64,000 nt of DNA. Origin: Lingula anatina. Taxonomy: Eukaryota > Animalia > Brachiopoda. The notes beneath the pieces are model-generated. The model worked only from the letters and a program-made list of their open reading frames with translations. It was not told the DNA's origin and ran no database searches. Below are positions 37,329 through 52,000 of the stretch, piece after piece. The stretch lies in contig CM120640.1 of NCBI GenBank assembly GCA_051362555.1, positions 10,168,001 through 10,232,000 of the forward strand. The letters run 5' to 3'. The translations under genes and the position numbers were made by a program. Numbering within the stretch: the first letter of the stretch is position 1; each line of letters opens with the position of its first letter.

Positions 37329-40300
37329 CTGAAATAATCAACAATTTAACACCGTTACAGTGGTTGAAAGTGCTTCCAGTAAAGTGTTTGGAATCCATTG
37401 ATTATGCTAAAAAAAATACAAACACTTCTACCGAGTCGGATATGTTAGTTTTCAATTTTCAAACAATAAAAAATTACCAATATCTAAAACTGTTCCTCTT
37501 TGAACAATAAAATTATCCAATTGTTTTATAGTTGTATTTAAAAGTTCTCGCCAAATTTGAATATTTTCTACTTGTTAAAAGTGTAAGGCACTATATCAAT
37601 TTAAACTGAAGATAAATGTGTAAATTTCAAAACTGAGGCATGAGGTTCTCACCAATTCATTAGGTTTTTCATTGCCTAATGCAAAAGATGCATCAGCCTT
37701 CTTTCTGATGTGAAGATTCCAAACCCTTCCTTCATGGAACAGAGATAAAGAATATGGACTAGTAGGTCCACCTTTCTTGCTGAGGCGCACCAGAAAAGAT
37801 CCGTTCTAAAAAATTAAACAAAATATATAATTTCTACATGTTCTGAGTATTTAGGCTTACTTAGTCAAATTATATAAAAGTACTCAGATAATTTCCATCC
37901 ATACAGTCAAAATCCTGCAACAATTAATTGAAATCAAAATTTCGAACCTAGGCAAATTTGTAAAAAAATAAATATGTTAACTGATTTTATGATTGGATAA
38001 ATATTCTGTATGCCATGAAGAAATGCGTTATATGTGTACATGTGGGCTTCTTTAATTCTATCATTTGAATGACCTTGACAATCAAATTTGCAAGTTGACT
38101 GTTATCTTGCAAGTATTTTTTGTTTGAATACATAATGAAGAATTTCTATGCCAAAACTACAAAATATATTGTATCATTTGGATTAAAAAAAACAACATTT
38201 TAATCTAAAGATGCAATAAATAATGGCAAATTGTCACAAATCCAACTTGTTCACATCTGAATATTACTCCACTCAAACTGATTGCAACCAATCCTATTTG
38301 ACTTATAAAACATCGAAATTTAAAACAAATTTTAGAAAAGACTGACGCTTTAAATAATGAAGTTTCATTTTGTCTGTACCAAGTATTTCCTAGTATAACC
38401 TGACAATGTATAACTGGTAAATCTAGTTGGTTACCATGTATAAAAATCCTGGGTTTAAAATCTCAATAGTGTACACACAGCTGAGACAGATGTGAAGGGT
38501 GGTTAAGAAGATCTGGTTATTATTATTATTATTATTATTATTACCAGACAGGTGTACTACACTTACAGTTCCTAGAGATTTAAGGCGCTGGTCTGACACG
38601 TCTCTAGAGATGTCCCCATGATACCATGACTCTGCTTCAATGTTCTCTTCATCCTAAAGATAAAATAATGATAATTATAAATAGAATATGTCCAGATATA
38701 TGACAAATAAAACGTCACACTTTTTGTTAAATATCTGTCTCACCATGATGAATTGTTACTGTAACTGCAACATGTGTAGTAGTGACAAGTGAGAGTAGTC
38801 AGTGAGATGTGTTCGTGTCACATGACACTCATGTATAAATTTGAGATCCCGCCCTTACATTTTCAGTTTCAGCAACACGGATCTCCGGGATCATATAGTT
38901 TTATGTTTTCATTAGTTTTTATCAGTTTCAGTTTTACTCAGTTCAAATCAACTTAATTTAGTTTCTGTTCACATTTATTTATGCAGTAAAAACACATTAT
39001 ATACTCCAAGACAGTTTCCGAGTTGTTCTGGCAGATTTAGGCCGTCTTCTGGGTCTTCCGGAAGACGGTCAGATTTTCAAGTTTACATTGACGGGTATCT
39101 ATTTTTTCTGTCGGAAGACGGTTAAAAATGGAGGTTGGATCAACAAAGACGTTTGGAAGACTGTCAGAAAATATCTCTGGATCCGCCCCTGTAAACGGTA
39201 CGGTCACGGCAACAGTTGCCCATAGGTAATTAATTACAAACTACACACAAATCAGAACACATCCCAGAATTTTTATTTTCCGTTCATTTATGATGTAATA
39301 CCTAGACTGCATATAATGTACATAACAAATCAGTTGGTGAATTTACTTAAGCTTACTGGCTCTTTGTGCCAATGGCTATGAATCAAAAAGGCCTAAAGCA
39401 GCAATAGAGCTTGGTATCTATACAAATTTTCAAAATTTTACTGGGCTACAATTTTATAGGCATTTGAGGTGGGGCAACTGTTTATGCCACAAATGGTTAA
39501 AATTTTTATTTAAATACACATATATGTGACATAGTCAATAACAACAGGTAATCAACTCTCAAATTACACAAATTACTTTGTGATGACAACCAGTTGTGCT
39601 TACCATGCTTTGACTGCCCCCTGGTGGTGGAGGCAGAGGACGAGAACCTGGGTTGAATGACGGACTCTTACTTGCAATTGGTGTGCGATCTGAAAGATTC
39701 ACAATTAAAATCAGCCACAAGTAGTAACATTAATCATTTTAATCTATAACCTAAAAATCTTTACATGTTAAAAAACAAATGATCATACTGAGAATACGGT
39801 AAAAAAAAAGGATTTTGGCCCAATAAGAACAAAAAAAAAAAAAAAAAAAAAAAAAAATTTAAGCAGTACTCTAAGTCATTTAATTGCCTTTCACTAATAT
39901 TGATACATTAACGCAAAGTCAAAGAATTAAAAGTTCTCTACAATAATATGCACTTTTTAATTAGAATCACCATTAAGCTATAAACCAGTAACATCTGTTA
40001 AATATGACTCATTTTTCCACTGCACAAAATATTGACCTTCCCTTTCCTTTCCTTCTCACTTCCCAAAGAATTTCATCTCACGATTTAACAAATCATTTGA
40101 TATTTAGTATAGTTGAAGTTGTGTATATATACATGTCAATTGATATTCCTGAGAAGTTGGATGTTTTCTTTTTTTTACAACAGAGAATGCAAGAATTTGA
40201 AAACCAAATCATAACCTTATTTTATATAATTTCAATTAAATAAGAACTAAGATGACGAATAAAATTTCAAATGAATTACATGTACACACACCCTGAAACA

Positions 40301-43300
40301 CACACACTTCCTTGTATTATTAGACCCTTATAAATCTTCAAACATACTATGACCTTCCACTGTTGTTCATATGCTGCTAATGATCAAAGAAATCAATATA
40401 CATTTCTCTGAACAAAAATAATCCAGCCATCCCTAAGCTACAATAATGTATTATTTAAACATATACTCCTCTTTTGAAAGAAGCAGTTTGACAATCTAGA
40501 TACTAAGATGTAAAATTGTTTAATTCTACTTCACCTGATACTGCACAATTTCAATTATTCCACCTAGATAGTTATGTTTAAAAAAAAACTAGAAACTGTC
40601 TCCTTGATTCAAAGCTCTAAGATCCTACAATTTTTAGCCTTGGACTGCATTTTCACTCCTGGGTCATTAAAAACTTTCTACACCACAATGGCTAACCCAA
40701 CCAGATAAACTCAACATTTGTGCTGAATTAGCCTGGTACTAACTATATTCACATATTAAAAAGATGACCGAATCTCACAGCCTACCTTTTCTTCCTCTTC
40801 TCTTCTGATAACTATCTACTGCCATTCCACATAACCCTCTCTCTATTTATAGGAACTCTCAGTTATAAAATATAAAACACAGTTAACTGTGAAATATTTT
40901 GGCAGGTCAGGAAAAACCCTGCAGTAAATTACTGAGAAGATGACAGCAAATGGCAGCCCTGAGTCAGGTCCTAGAGTTTTATGAGCATTTTTTGCCCTGC
41001 CAGCAGATGGTGCATATCTCTGAAGATATAACTCTGGTCAATAAATGTGTTGACTCTATTATGAACTTTTTATTTGCTCCACAGATTGTGCACTAATTGG
41101 CAATTATATTAGATTTATTCCTATTCAAGATGATAATTTCTGTCAACATCTAGTCCTGCAATAATATTACTCGAATTTCAGAAATTTGAACTAGATTTAA
41201 TCTTCTTTTATATTTTCCTTGGATGAGTCAGACCTGTGATCTCATATCACAAAGGAATAGTCTTTAAAGGGTATAAACAAAATCAATAATAGAGAAAATG
41301 TGATTAGACTCTAGCATCTTTTCCAAGTCTCTAATTACCAATGATAGCTCCCCAGATGAAATCAAATTGCAGCATGTACTGATCACTACAGATTAACACT
41401 ACGTTACAGAGTGAGAATTTAATTGAACTTAATGTAACTAATGTTATTGGCAATCAATCTTCTTTAATTCTAGATGACTAAATACAAATAAAATTCAACA
41501 TCTAGCCTGAAAAAGTGTACAAAAATTTTATCATTATATAAATCGCATGGGCTTTAAAATCTGAGCCCTCATAAAATTGTCACAAGAAGGAAAAAATTTA
41601 GTCGTGATTTTAGGACAAGTAAAGGCCCATCTGTCAGTCCAGTGATGGCTATGTGTAATAAAAAAAAGTACTTAATTGGAAGGTGGGAGATTTAAAATCC
41701 ATCAGAACAGCCTTATGAGATTTCATCTCAAATTTCTTTATATTTCCTGGCAGCAATTCTTTATACCTTTCCACACTTAGTCTAACAAATAAAAACAACA
41801 TCACAAGTATAACAAAGTGGTCAATCATTGGACACTGATCTGGCAGATATCAACCTGCAATACTAGAGGTAAAAATCAAACAAGAGAGTTGAGATCTCTG
41901 TCAAAAAAAAAAAAATAATAATAAAAAATAAAAAAATCCGCCCCTTTTTAAAATATTAGGAGACCTAGTTTCGTTTAAAATTGTAATGACCGGGAATAAC
42001 TGTCCATCCTGAAAATACCTTCAAATTTGTGTACAACTTTGGAGAACATCATGACCACTAACAGATCAACAAACCCATGCCTATGAAAACATACCCCCCT
42101 TCATTGGCAGAGATGAAAATCAAATTACATAGAGCACAACACTGAAGCAACAGCAACTTTTTGACGCAGACCTACAACACAATCACTTTCCTTTAAAATG
42201 CACAACAAATGCAATCACTAATCTCAACTGTGGTTGACTGCCACTTTGTTTTGTCTATGGTCTAAAAATCCACTAAAACAATCTGAATAAATCTTTTTGT
42301 GGCCACATTACCCAATCATAAATTAAAAACTTCCCTCATAAAAGTTAAAGAGTTTCACAAACAAATAATGTTTATAATGAAAATGCAGTAAAGGGAAAGT
42401 AACAACTCACAATCTCACTGTCTTGACTATATAACCACATACAACTTATTTGTGTCCAATTTTCACATTCCATTACACAATTCAAATTATTTGTAACAAA
42501 GTTGTTGAAATCAGTTTTGTGAAATCATTCTTGCTCAAGCCTCATACTGCATTTTGTATTTCCCAAACAGAAAAGATAGTGCTGCATAAAATATGGTGGG
42601 TAAGTTGAAATTGTGTTCACAACTATTCACATATACTAGTGGTCTCTTTGTATTTCAATCACACTTCATACATTTCCTATACCCATCTACCTTTATACTG
42701 CCACTGAGTGTCATATTAGATCTGTATATTTTCACTAGATTCCATTGGTGCAAATTTTATGAAATAAATGTTGCTTTATCTTTGATCAACCATGTTGTAC
42801 ATTTTGATAAATCGGGTAATTCAGAAAGGTGACTTACTGTACCTTTTTTATGTGGTATGGTAGCTACACTTGGAGGAGGGGGTGGGGTGTCCTCTGGCTC
42901 TTCAGCTTTAGGAATGGGAGGCAGGGCTGCAGAACAGAAGATAACAATGTTATACATGTCATTTTAGCTCAATTTTTCTTCCACATTTATTTAACAGTAA
43001 GAAATACACAAGGAGTATATATATCATGACATACATTATAGCAAGCTTTCAAAGTCCTAAATCTGATTGTTCTACTACTGAAAATGATTATAGGGCAACC
43101 TTATTATGTATAAGAAGATTTGGAATCTACGTCAAGATGATTTCCTAAACTTGTTTCAATCCAGCAAAAGTTGAAAAATGAACCAATATTCCACACTAAG
43201 GTGTTGAATCTTAAAAAAGGAGATTAGGAATACAAATGTGACCTACTAGTACTACTGTAGCATAAGGTTATCCAACCTATAATCAGAGACTTAACATGCA

Positions 43301-46300
43301 AGCAAACAGAAATTTATGAAATAAGAATGTTACAAGTTTAGCACTTTGCTACACCCAATTAGATACGGAAGCCTCACTAAAATTCAATGCCATGGTTGAG
43401 AGGTTCACCTTTTGCTCCACCTTTAGGTGGTTTGTGCTGCTTCTTTTCTACAGTTTCTGGAGATTGTGACCTTTTGCTGACAGGGGAGGAAGAACTACTT
43501 TCGTCAGCATTTGATTGGGTTCTTGACACACCAGTAGACACACTGTTACTACTTGGCTTAGGTTTGGGCAACTTTCCTGGCACGGGAACAGGAACGTCTG
43601 CTGCCCCAGCATTTTTCTGCAGGGCTGCTATCCTTGCTGCTATACCTCCTGCCTTTTCCTTTGCAAGACTTATATCTTTACTGTCATTTTCAGTCTCCTT
43701 CGGAATTGGTATTTTATTTTGTGTATTTTTTGTCCTATTAATTGCCTGTGGTTTGGGTACTATAGCTGGTTTATTAGTTACAGGTTGAGGTTTAAAACTG
43801 GGAACAGGGGGTACTTTCTTTTCTGCTGGCTTAGGTTTAGGTTTGGTAAGTCCTTGGGGTGATTTGGCTTCCTTTGGCAGCGGTGGTAGAGGACTTTTTG
43901 CAGTAATTTTGGGTTTGATTTCATGCAATGAGCCACCAGAATCTGCAAAAAAAAATTAAAAATAAAATAAAAACCTTTGAATAAATATAGGTAGCTGCTT
44001 CACATCACATTAATATGAATCTGCATCAAGACTCTTTAATCTAATTTACCTGTTGGCTATTTTTCTGTATGTTTAAATTTACTCAAAAACAATTGGTTAA
44101 GTTAACTGACCTGTTTGAGGTGTTTCATATTCATCCTGAAATATTAAAAAAGGATTTTTAATAAGTAATTCTTTCAATATGAGTATTGCAAACATTATTT
44201 TCTTAAATTCTCATCAATGATAAATCCATTACAAATAATCAGTACATATATTTAATACCATATTGGAATAAGTTTTAATCATTTAAAGCACTTTATAATA
44301 TAACCCTACTGTGCCAAGGGTTCGAATTTTGTAATTTTGACATTAATTTGGTCCGTGCTATATTTTTAACTTGGTCTGCCAGACGTCACAAAAACCCTCA
44401 TCTTAATAGATTTTTGCTGTGTACTTACATCTGAACTGTCTTGACCTAAAAATAAGTAACATTCAAAAATATATTAAATAGAATATAAGAAATTTTAGTA
44501 TACTGAATAAGTTTATGTATCCCATCAGATTTAACATGTGATTGATGTTTTCATTTACCAATATTCCAAATTTGTAATACATAATGAAATATTGAAATTA
44601 ATATTTGTATATAAATGTCTACTCTTTTCAAGAAAATGTAAACATCACAGGAAAACAATCCAGAAATGTTATCTTAAGCCCAATTTAGAACATCTCTCAA
44701 TAATACTACATTTATTCCCTAATCAAATTGTAAAATATCCAAAAAAAAAAAAATCTTTCAGGCAAATTTCTAACCCCCGATTAACAGATATATACCACTT
44801 GCATATGTTTTCAACCATGAGTCACATACCATGACTTGGCTTGGGGTGGTTTGGGGGCAGAGGTGGTGGTATATCTTTGTTCTGCATGTGGGGATTCTCT
44901 GGAACTTCATAGTCTTCAGTTGGTTCAGCATTCTTCTGAAAATTAAAAGATATATACATGGATAACTATTGATCATATCATTATATCTTATGCCATACCA
45001 TATCACGTTATTATACAGTTATAAACTGGGTTTGTTATGAAAAGCAATTCAACTGTCTCCAATGACAAGCTATTATGCGAGGCTGACAGGCCCAAGGGAA
45101 ATAATCTGTCATGAGAGGACAACTGAGCTGCTATTTAGCCATTATAACACTTCCATACTTGTGGTATATTTTCACCTATTTCAGAGGTTCTCATAATAAC
45201 TATTCACAAACAAAAATGACAGCAACACCTTTTCTTACATTACATATTATATAGTGCATAATAGAGAATCCAAGTTATGTTACAATATCAGTCATCATTT
45301 GTCTTTCTTTGTACGGGTCACTTGTTGCTTTATTTATCATTCATCACTTGTAGCCTGACTTGTCCTAAAGGTAATGTGGCACTCACCTAGTGTATACTAG
45401 ACTGCCAATAGCATTGCAGGACATACAGGTATGACATGATTTCTGTCAAGTTATTTTTATGCCAGTAGCTATTTGGATGTGGTCAGTTTTCCTCTTATGT
45501 CCCCATACCTTATCATATAGTGACTCATACTGATAACACACTGTGAGAATTATCAAAAAAGTAAGGAAAAGATATCTTATCCAACTCAATAATATAATTC
45601 CTATATAACACACCAAAAACCATCAGATTTAGGCAAGGTTTAAGGGGAATGAAGCAGGCATTGTTTGAAAGAACCATTACTAGCTATAGATTTATGATAA
45701 ATACCCTGTCATTACCCATAGGTCTAATAACTAGCCAAATCTTTTCCAGGGCATCAAACATATAAAGTGGTATCACATTCTATATATAGTATCAAATCAC
45801 TGAACTAGTGTATATAGCCATCTGTATGATATCAAGAATGATGATATGGAATAACAGCTCTAACTGGACTGGGTAATTATGGTCCTAATCACAATGTAAC
45901 TGGTGTTAATTTATTTAATTTCCTGTTCTCTGAGTCCTTTATTCATGCAAAGTCAACAAGATTAACTGTTGCCAATAATTCTATGACTGTGTATCTTCCC
46001 CTCTTTTTAACTATAGCCTGCTGCTGCCACTACTATAATTGTGCATGCACATGTGCACGCACACACAAAGTGACACACACATTATCAACCTGTAACTTTT
46101 ACAAATTGGGAAATTTTAAGGTCATAACTTGCTATTTCCTCACCCTACTCTCCTTCCTTCCATATGTACTTCCATGTGTACTTTTATACCCGAGTATTAG
46201 TCTCAATACATTTTAGCATAACAAGGCTCATGCCAAATTTTCATCAAAATTCTTACACAATTCATAGGGAAAAGGAAATACAGCACCTCAATTTTTCAAT

Positions 46301-48947
46301 TTCTTTTCACGAGAAGAGAATAAATGAAAAAAATAACCAAGTTTAAAAAATCTCATGAACAGTGGCATAATCCAGGATAATTATAATCCTACTTACTGCA
46401 GGGACAGGTGGGGGTTTATTGCTGTGCCCAATGGCTGGTTTCTCCCCAGGTTTAGGTGGTCTGGGTGGTGGTGGGGGTGGGGGCATATCATCATCATCAG
46501 GCGCTGGGGGCGGGGCAGGCCTACGTCCAGGTGGTGGAGGCACTGGAAATAAACAAAAGTGTTACAGTCTGTACCAAAACCACTTTTTTGAACAGTGTTT
46601 CTTGATATACAATAATAAATTATGTAAGATCATAAGTGTCTATGTAATACTTGTCAAAATGTACATTTTGGCAAACTATATATTTTTTATGTTGGGTTGC
46701 AATAAATAACATCTGTAAAGAAATATTCTAATACATAACTGCAGTCTCTGTACCTGCCCTAATGACAAATCCTTATTCCAAATAATCACATCCTAAAATA
46801 TTCCCTGATCCATCAATTTGTTCAGATGCCATCTCTTCCTACATGAATTGTACCCTACTGTAACACAAGAAGATAACTTATTTCACTCCTTTAATAATGC
46901 TTAGTCCCAAGTGCTGGTAGAACTATAAACTTTATCAACTCACTTGGCTCAACACTGCTGTGTGACAAACGTCTCTTCACAGACGCATAAAATTTCACAA
47001 CAGCATCCATTTCCTTTAGGACCAGCAGAAATGACCATTACAAAACCGCAGTGGACACAGATAATATCTGTTCTATATTTTCAACCATGAAGTTCCCTGT
47101 TTAACTTAGAGAATGGTTAAAATTTCCACCATGTATGTGTTTATATCGCAGCAATCTCAGTGAGAACAGCCGATGAGACAAATGAAGTGTTTATACTGAG
47201 GAATGGCTATAGTCATGTACATAATTGTTGGGACCATTAAGGAAAATTCTTTGCACTTAATGGTATCCCGGACAGAGAAAGTTGATTAACAGATTTGTAA
47301 GGGCTGTGCTGAATTATATTGAAACATCTCTCATGTGTAGTTAATAAATAATCATTAAACTCTTAATTAAATCATGGAGTCAACAGAGATTGCTTGTGTA
47401 AAAATTACCACCTATAGATCAAGTGAGTGATCTTGCACTTTACAGATAAAATAGTGCTTTTTTACTGTGGTATTCATTAAGGGGCCATTTGAAGTTTCAG
47501 ATTGTTTTTTCATAAATCATGCCTACAAGATGGCTGATCAAAAGAAAAGGTCCAGCAAACATAGCTCAATGTACGCCATAGTCTTTTTTCATAAATCAAA
47601 AAAAATCTGATTACAAAAATGGGACCATGATGATAAAAAAGAGGTTTAATTACAGGGTCAAGAGTGATAAAGCAGACTCTGCTAGATCCTCTCAACTGAA
47701 TCATTGGTTGTATGTCTGTCAAGGTCTTTGTATCTCTAACTTGAGATTATTTTCAAGAGTTATATCCAAAAAAAAAAAAAAAATTAAATCAGAAAAGGAG
47801 GGCTGATAAAACTATATATGCTCTGGATGTAAATGTTCTGAATACGCCTACATTACATTACGCACCTGTCAAAATCACCCATACACAATAGGTGTCGCTG
47901 CATGTCATGTTTTGTAAATAATAGTTCATATATCATGTTTTTGTTGTTTTTTTGTTTCTACTCAAGTAAATGTTACTTTTACATTAACAACACCATTAGC
48001 AATAAAATCTTACATCAATCTTATTTGAATATATATTTCTCCTGTTGCAAAAATTGCTTCAATCAACATTAAAATAATTGTGTTCAAAAGACTGTTTTCA
48101 ACCTTTTCAAAAGATTTTTAATCACTTAACATATTTTCTTCAAGCGGAATGTTAATAGCCTCTTGTTTCCACTTTTCACATATTTGTATCCTATGCAGTG
48201 TAAAAGAACATGTGGCATACTACAAGAAATGTGACATTTGAAATGTAATAAGTGGTAGTACATGTAGCAGTATGAATGTGTGTGGCAATATGGGGGACAT
48301 TCTCACTAGCAAGCAAAACGAGGTCCAATTTATCAGAAGAGACTGCTGGTCAAATAAAACCTCTTTCCATTCATGCTGGTATCGGCAATAATAACCCTTG
48401 TCAATAGTGTTTCCTGTTAAGCATGTGCACTATCGTTCTCAGTAACCAGTGACGATATGACCATTATGGTTGGAGTACAAGTAGCAATGATTGTTATGCT
48501 ATATAAATATATTAAATTTATTCATAAAAAGAAATGTTTCCACTAAAAAATGACATGTGGGACTGTACTGTGATTAACCTGCAAAAATATGATACATTGC
48601 CCACTATTGCCCATGACTTCCAAATGTAAGCATCCCATCTATACTGTGATTTTGAGTTAACTGCAATAAAACCAAGTCCAGATCTGGATTTATTTGTACC
48701 ACAGTCAGGGGTATGTAGTCTGTTCACATAGGAAAAGTAACCATGATAGGACAGAGTCAGGTGTAAACCGCCAGTGTGAATGGCTCTATGGTTTATAGGA
48801 AGATTCAGAAATTAGGACTGTGTAGTAATAGTAGTAGTAGTATGGCTGTGTGTAGATGAAATGACTAAATGCTGTTTAATTTGTATAAATTGCATTTCCA
48901 GCAAATTCTTATCAAGTACAATGAACAAACACACACATACCCCAGTA

Positions 48948-49015
<68 letters not shown>

Positions 49016-52000
49016 ACCTTTCACTATAAGCTTAATATATCACAAGCACTTCAGGCAAAGGCAACTTCTAAACATTCTTCACTAAACTGGGAAAATATCA
49101 AGTATTAAAAGCATTTTGCCATTCTCAGTTGCTCAGTATCAACTTTTTTACCTTACTTAAAAAAGGATATCATTAAACTCCTTGTTCACAGGGACAAGTC
49201 ACTGTGACTGTGTCGCTCCACTCCTGGTACTGATGTACACAAAAAGCTGCATTACATGTTCTCTGTATCACAGCAAAAATAGCAGTGTATTATTCACCTT
49301 ATGATAATTAGCTAAATTTCAGGCTTTTTTTCAACTTGATAACATTCCTGAGACATCCCATGTAGACTTGGCCGCATATGTTTAAAAGAAATTGCAGTAT
49401 ATTATTCACCTTATGATAATTAGCTAAAGTTCAGGCTCTTTTCACCTTGATAACATTTCTGTTATATCCTATGTAGATTGGTCACAAATGTTTTATTGTG
49501 CCCTAGTTCATTCAGTAAATTACATGTGGTCATAAAAAGGAAATAAAATCTGCAAATTAAATTCTGTTATCATACATGACCTGGTTGAAGTTTGACAATT
49601 TTACCCGATAAAACAAACTGCTGGAAACTAGACAACCTGTGAATGTGACTTGTATAACTTCTTAATTACCAAGTATTGGGTATATGAGCCCTACCTTCTC
49701 CCCTCATCATTCCAAAATATTCTCTGTGTATGGATTTTAAAATATTATCTGTGTATATCCAGAAACAAGGTCTTGAACTTCCAGTCTTAAGCACTGCTCT
49801 ACTTCTCTGTCATGGTGCAGCCTGCTGTGTCTCCTAACCCCAGCTACATGTACCACTGTAGAACAAGCTACTTCAACACTCAAGTTAACAAGATAATGAG
49901 TTACGGCCTCACAGCTATTGTGTGCTGTACGCACTCTCTCCAGTATGAATGCAGGGTTGAAAGATTTCACACACTCATTTCTACCTGCATTGTTTTAAGA
50001 AATTTAGGTCTTTCCTCTTACTATCTTTTTATCAAATTGGTCCATTTAATGGACATTTACCATGCTGCCAAAGGGCATGTTTACCCTGTTTATGCTTGCC
50101 TTTTTTATCAGCAGCCTACCAATGTAATCAGATTTAAACTCTGACCCAGAAAATTACTTCCTTATTTTATCACTGGAATGTAACATAACAAATATATACT
50201 TTTCTACTTACAGTTATTTTCCGGCTTTATATAGTCAGCACTGTCATCTGATTCAGGCTCTGAAAGGAGAGAGTAAAATATATTTTGAACAAATTTAATT
50301 TAATTTACCTGACAGGTCATCATCTCCGATTAGATCCAGGTAAGCTGGTACGTCATCAACGTCATCTTCCCACCTTTCATCTTCCTCCTCATCAAAACTA
50401 TCAAAATCATCATCATCATCAGAATAATCCATTTCTTTTCTCTTTTACCTACTGACTGTGTTTTTCAACCTTATACCGTCCTCCCACAAGGTTGTTATAC
50501 AACATGTAATTCTTTAAATGACAATGTCCTACTTTTGATTGACAAACCTCAAACTAAAAATTCCCAGTTCCAGGATGCAATAATATAGGCACTACATCAT
50601 ATCACCACTACTTGTGGATACAAGTACACTCCCACTGAAATATTACCAGTACCAACTTGTTTGAGTGAGTGCCATAAAGTTGTCTACGCATTTTATCTTT
50701 AGTGGTTATTTGAAAAAAAAAATGTGGTAACAATTAAGATGAATAATATTCCAAAACTCATTGACCATAGCCTTCTGAATATTGAAACAGGAAAAGGACA
50801 CATTCCCTGCCTTATTACTACAGATAGTAGTTTAGATTAAACCACGGGTATGATAAATGTTGATTAAATGTCATCTCCAAGTGATGAATCGTTACAATGA
50901 TATCTCCCTGCCATTGCTACCTCATGTGCTACCTCATTTCCTCACAAGTGATCTATAATTTATTGAGGATCTGGGGCACACTTACCAGGGCACATACTTC
51001 AGGGGGAAAACACACCGGGTGATTTTTTAAATATGAGCTTCTTTCTGGTTGAATCAACTGACATTTCAAATAAATAAATATATAATAATAATAAATACAT
51101 TTAATAAACTGGCTGGTTATTCTTGTTTTGGATCAGTATATTATCAACACTACAAGCAGTCCACTAAGAGGTAACCTTTATATTAGCAGAGAAAACTCTA
51201 GAAATATGTGGCAAAAGTAAGAAATAAATCTTAGCTCTTGTGGAACAATTATGCACAGTGGTCTCCTTCAAACAATAGGAATCACAGATGTTTATAAAGG
51301 GTACACACAAGCAAATGCACACACTAACATAGTTCCATATGCATGCAGTTTTATTCTGAAAATGCACTTCTGCATTATGCACAGTTTAAATAGAATAAAA
51401 ATATCAATAAAAGGCAAATCAAAAGGATTTCTAATAAATAATACCACATAAATAACTACAATGTAAAATAGTCCAAAAGTGCAACATCATGACCAAATAT
51501 TTTATGGTTAAATTTTTACTAGAATTCTTCCAAACGAAATAATCTGAATACTTCAATCATGTAATCTGCATGAGTCATCATATACTGAATTCTTACCTTT
51601 TCATATTTTAACATCCTACTTTCCAAACTCACAATAAAATTATAGGTCAACTGATAGTGACAGTGTACTAAGACTAAGAACTCTCACTTTCATTAAGAAA
51701 TCTTAGCATTTTTCTGTCTGACACTTAAAACGTTTACACAAAATTCATGTATGATGCCAAAAGAATAACCCAATAAGCTGGTTTTGAGAAAATATAAATT
51801 AACAACCCACTTTAAGAAATAGATGAAATTGTTGTTAATTCACTTTACCTTTTGACCCTTTATATATCATTGTCTTTTTAACAAGAATAACTTTACAAAG
51901 AATCTGTTCTTTTGAAAAATACTTCTGGATTCCTTTTCCAATACTTAAAATATCTTTCTTTGGCCCTAGATAAACCAGTATTGAGTAAACAACTTTAAAT

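Noticed and set aside
43387-43788. 133-aa plus-strand ORF
   Set aside because: Antisense shadow of the Pro/Lys-rich adaptor exon
44050-44064. 15-nt candidate microexon (cag|AAAAATAGCCAACAG|gtaaat, minus strand)
   Set aside because: Introduces TAG in the required phase
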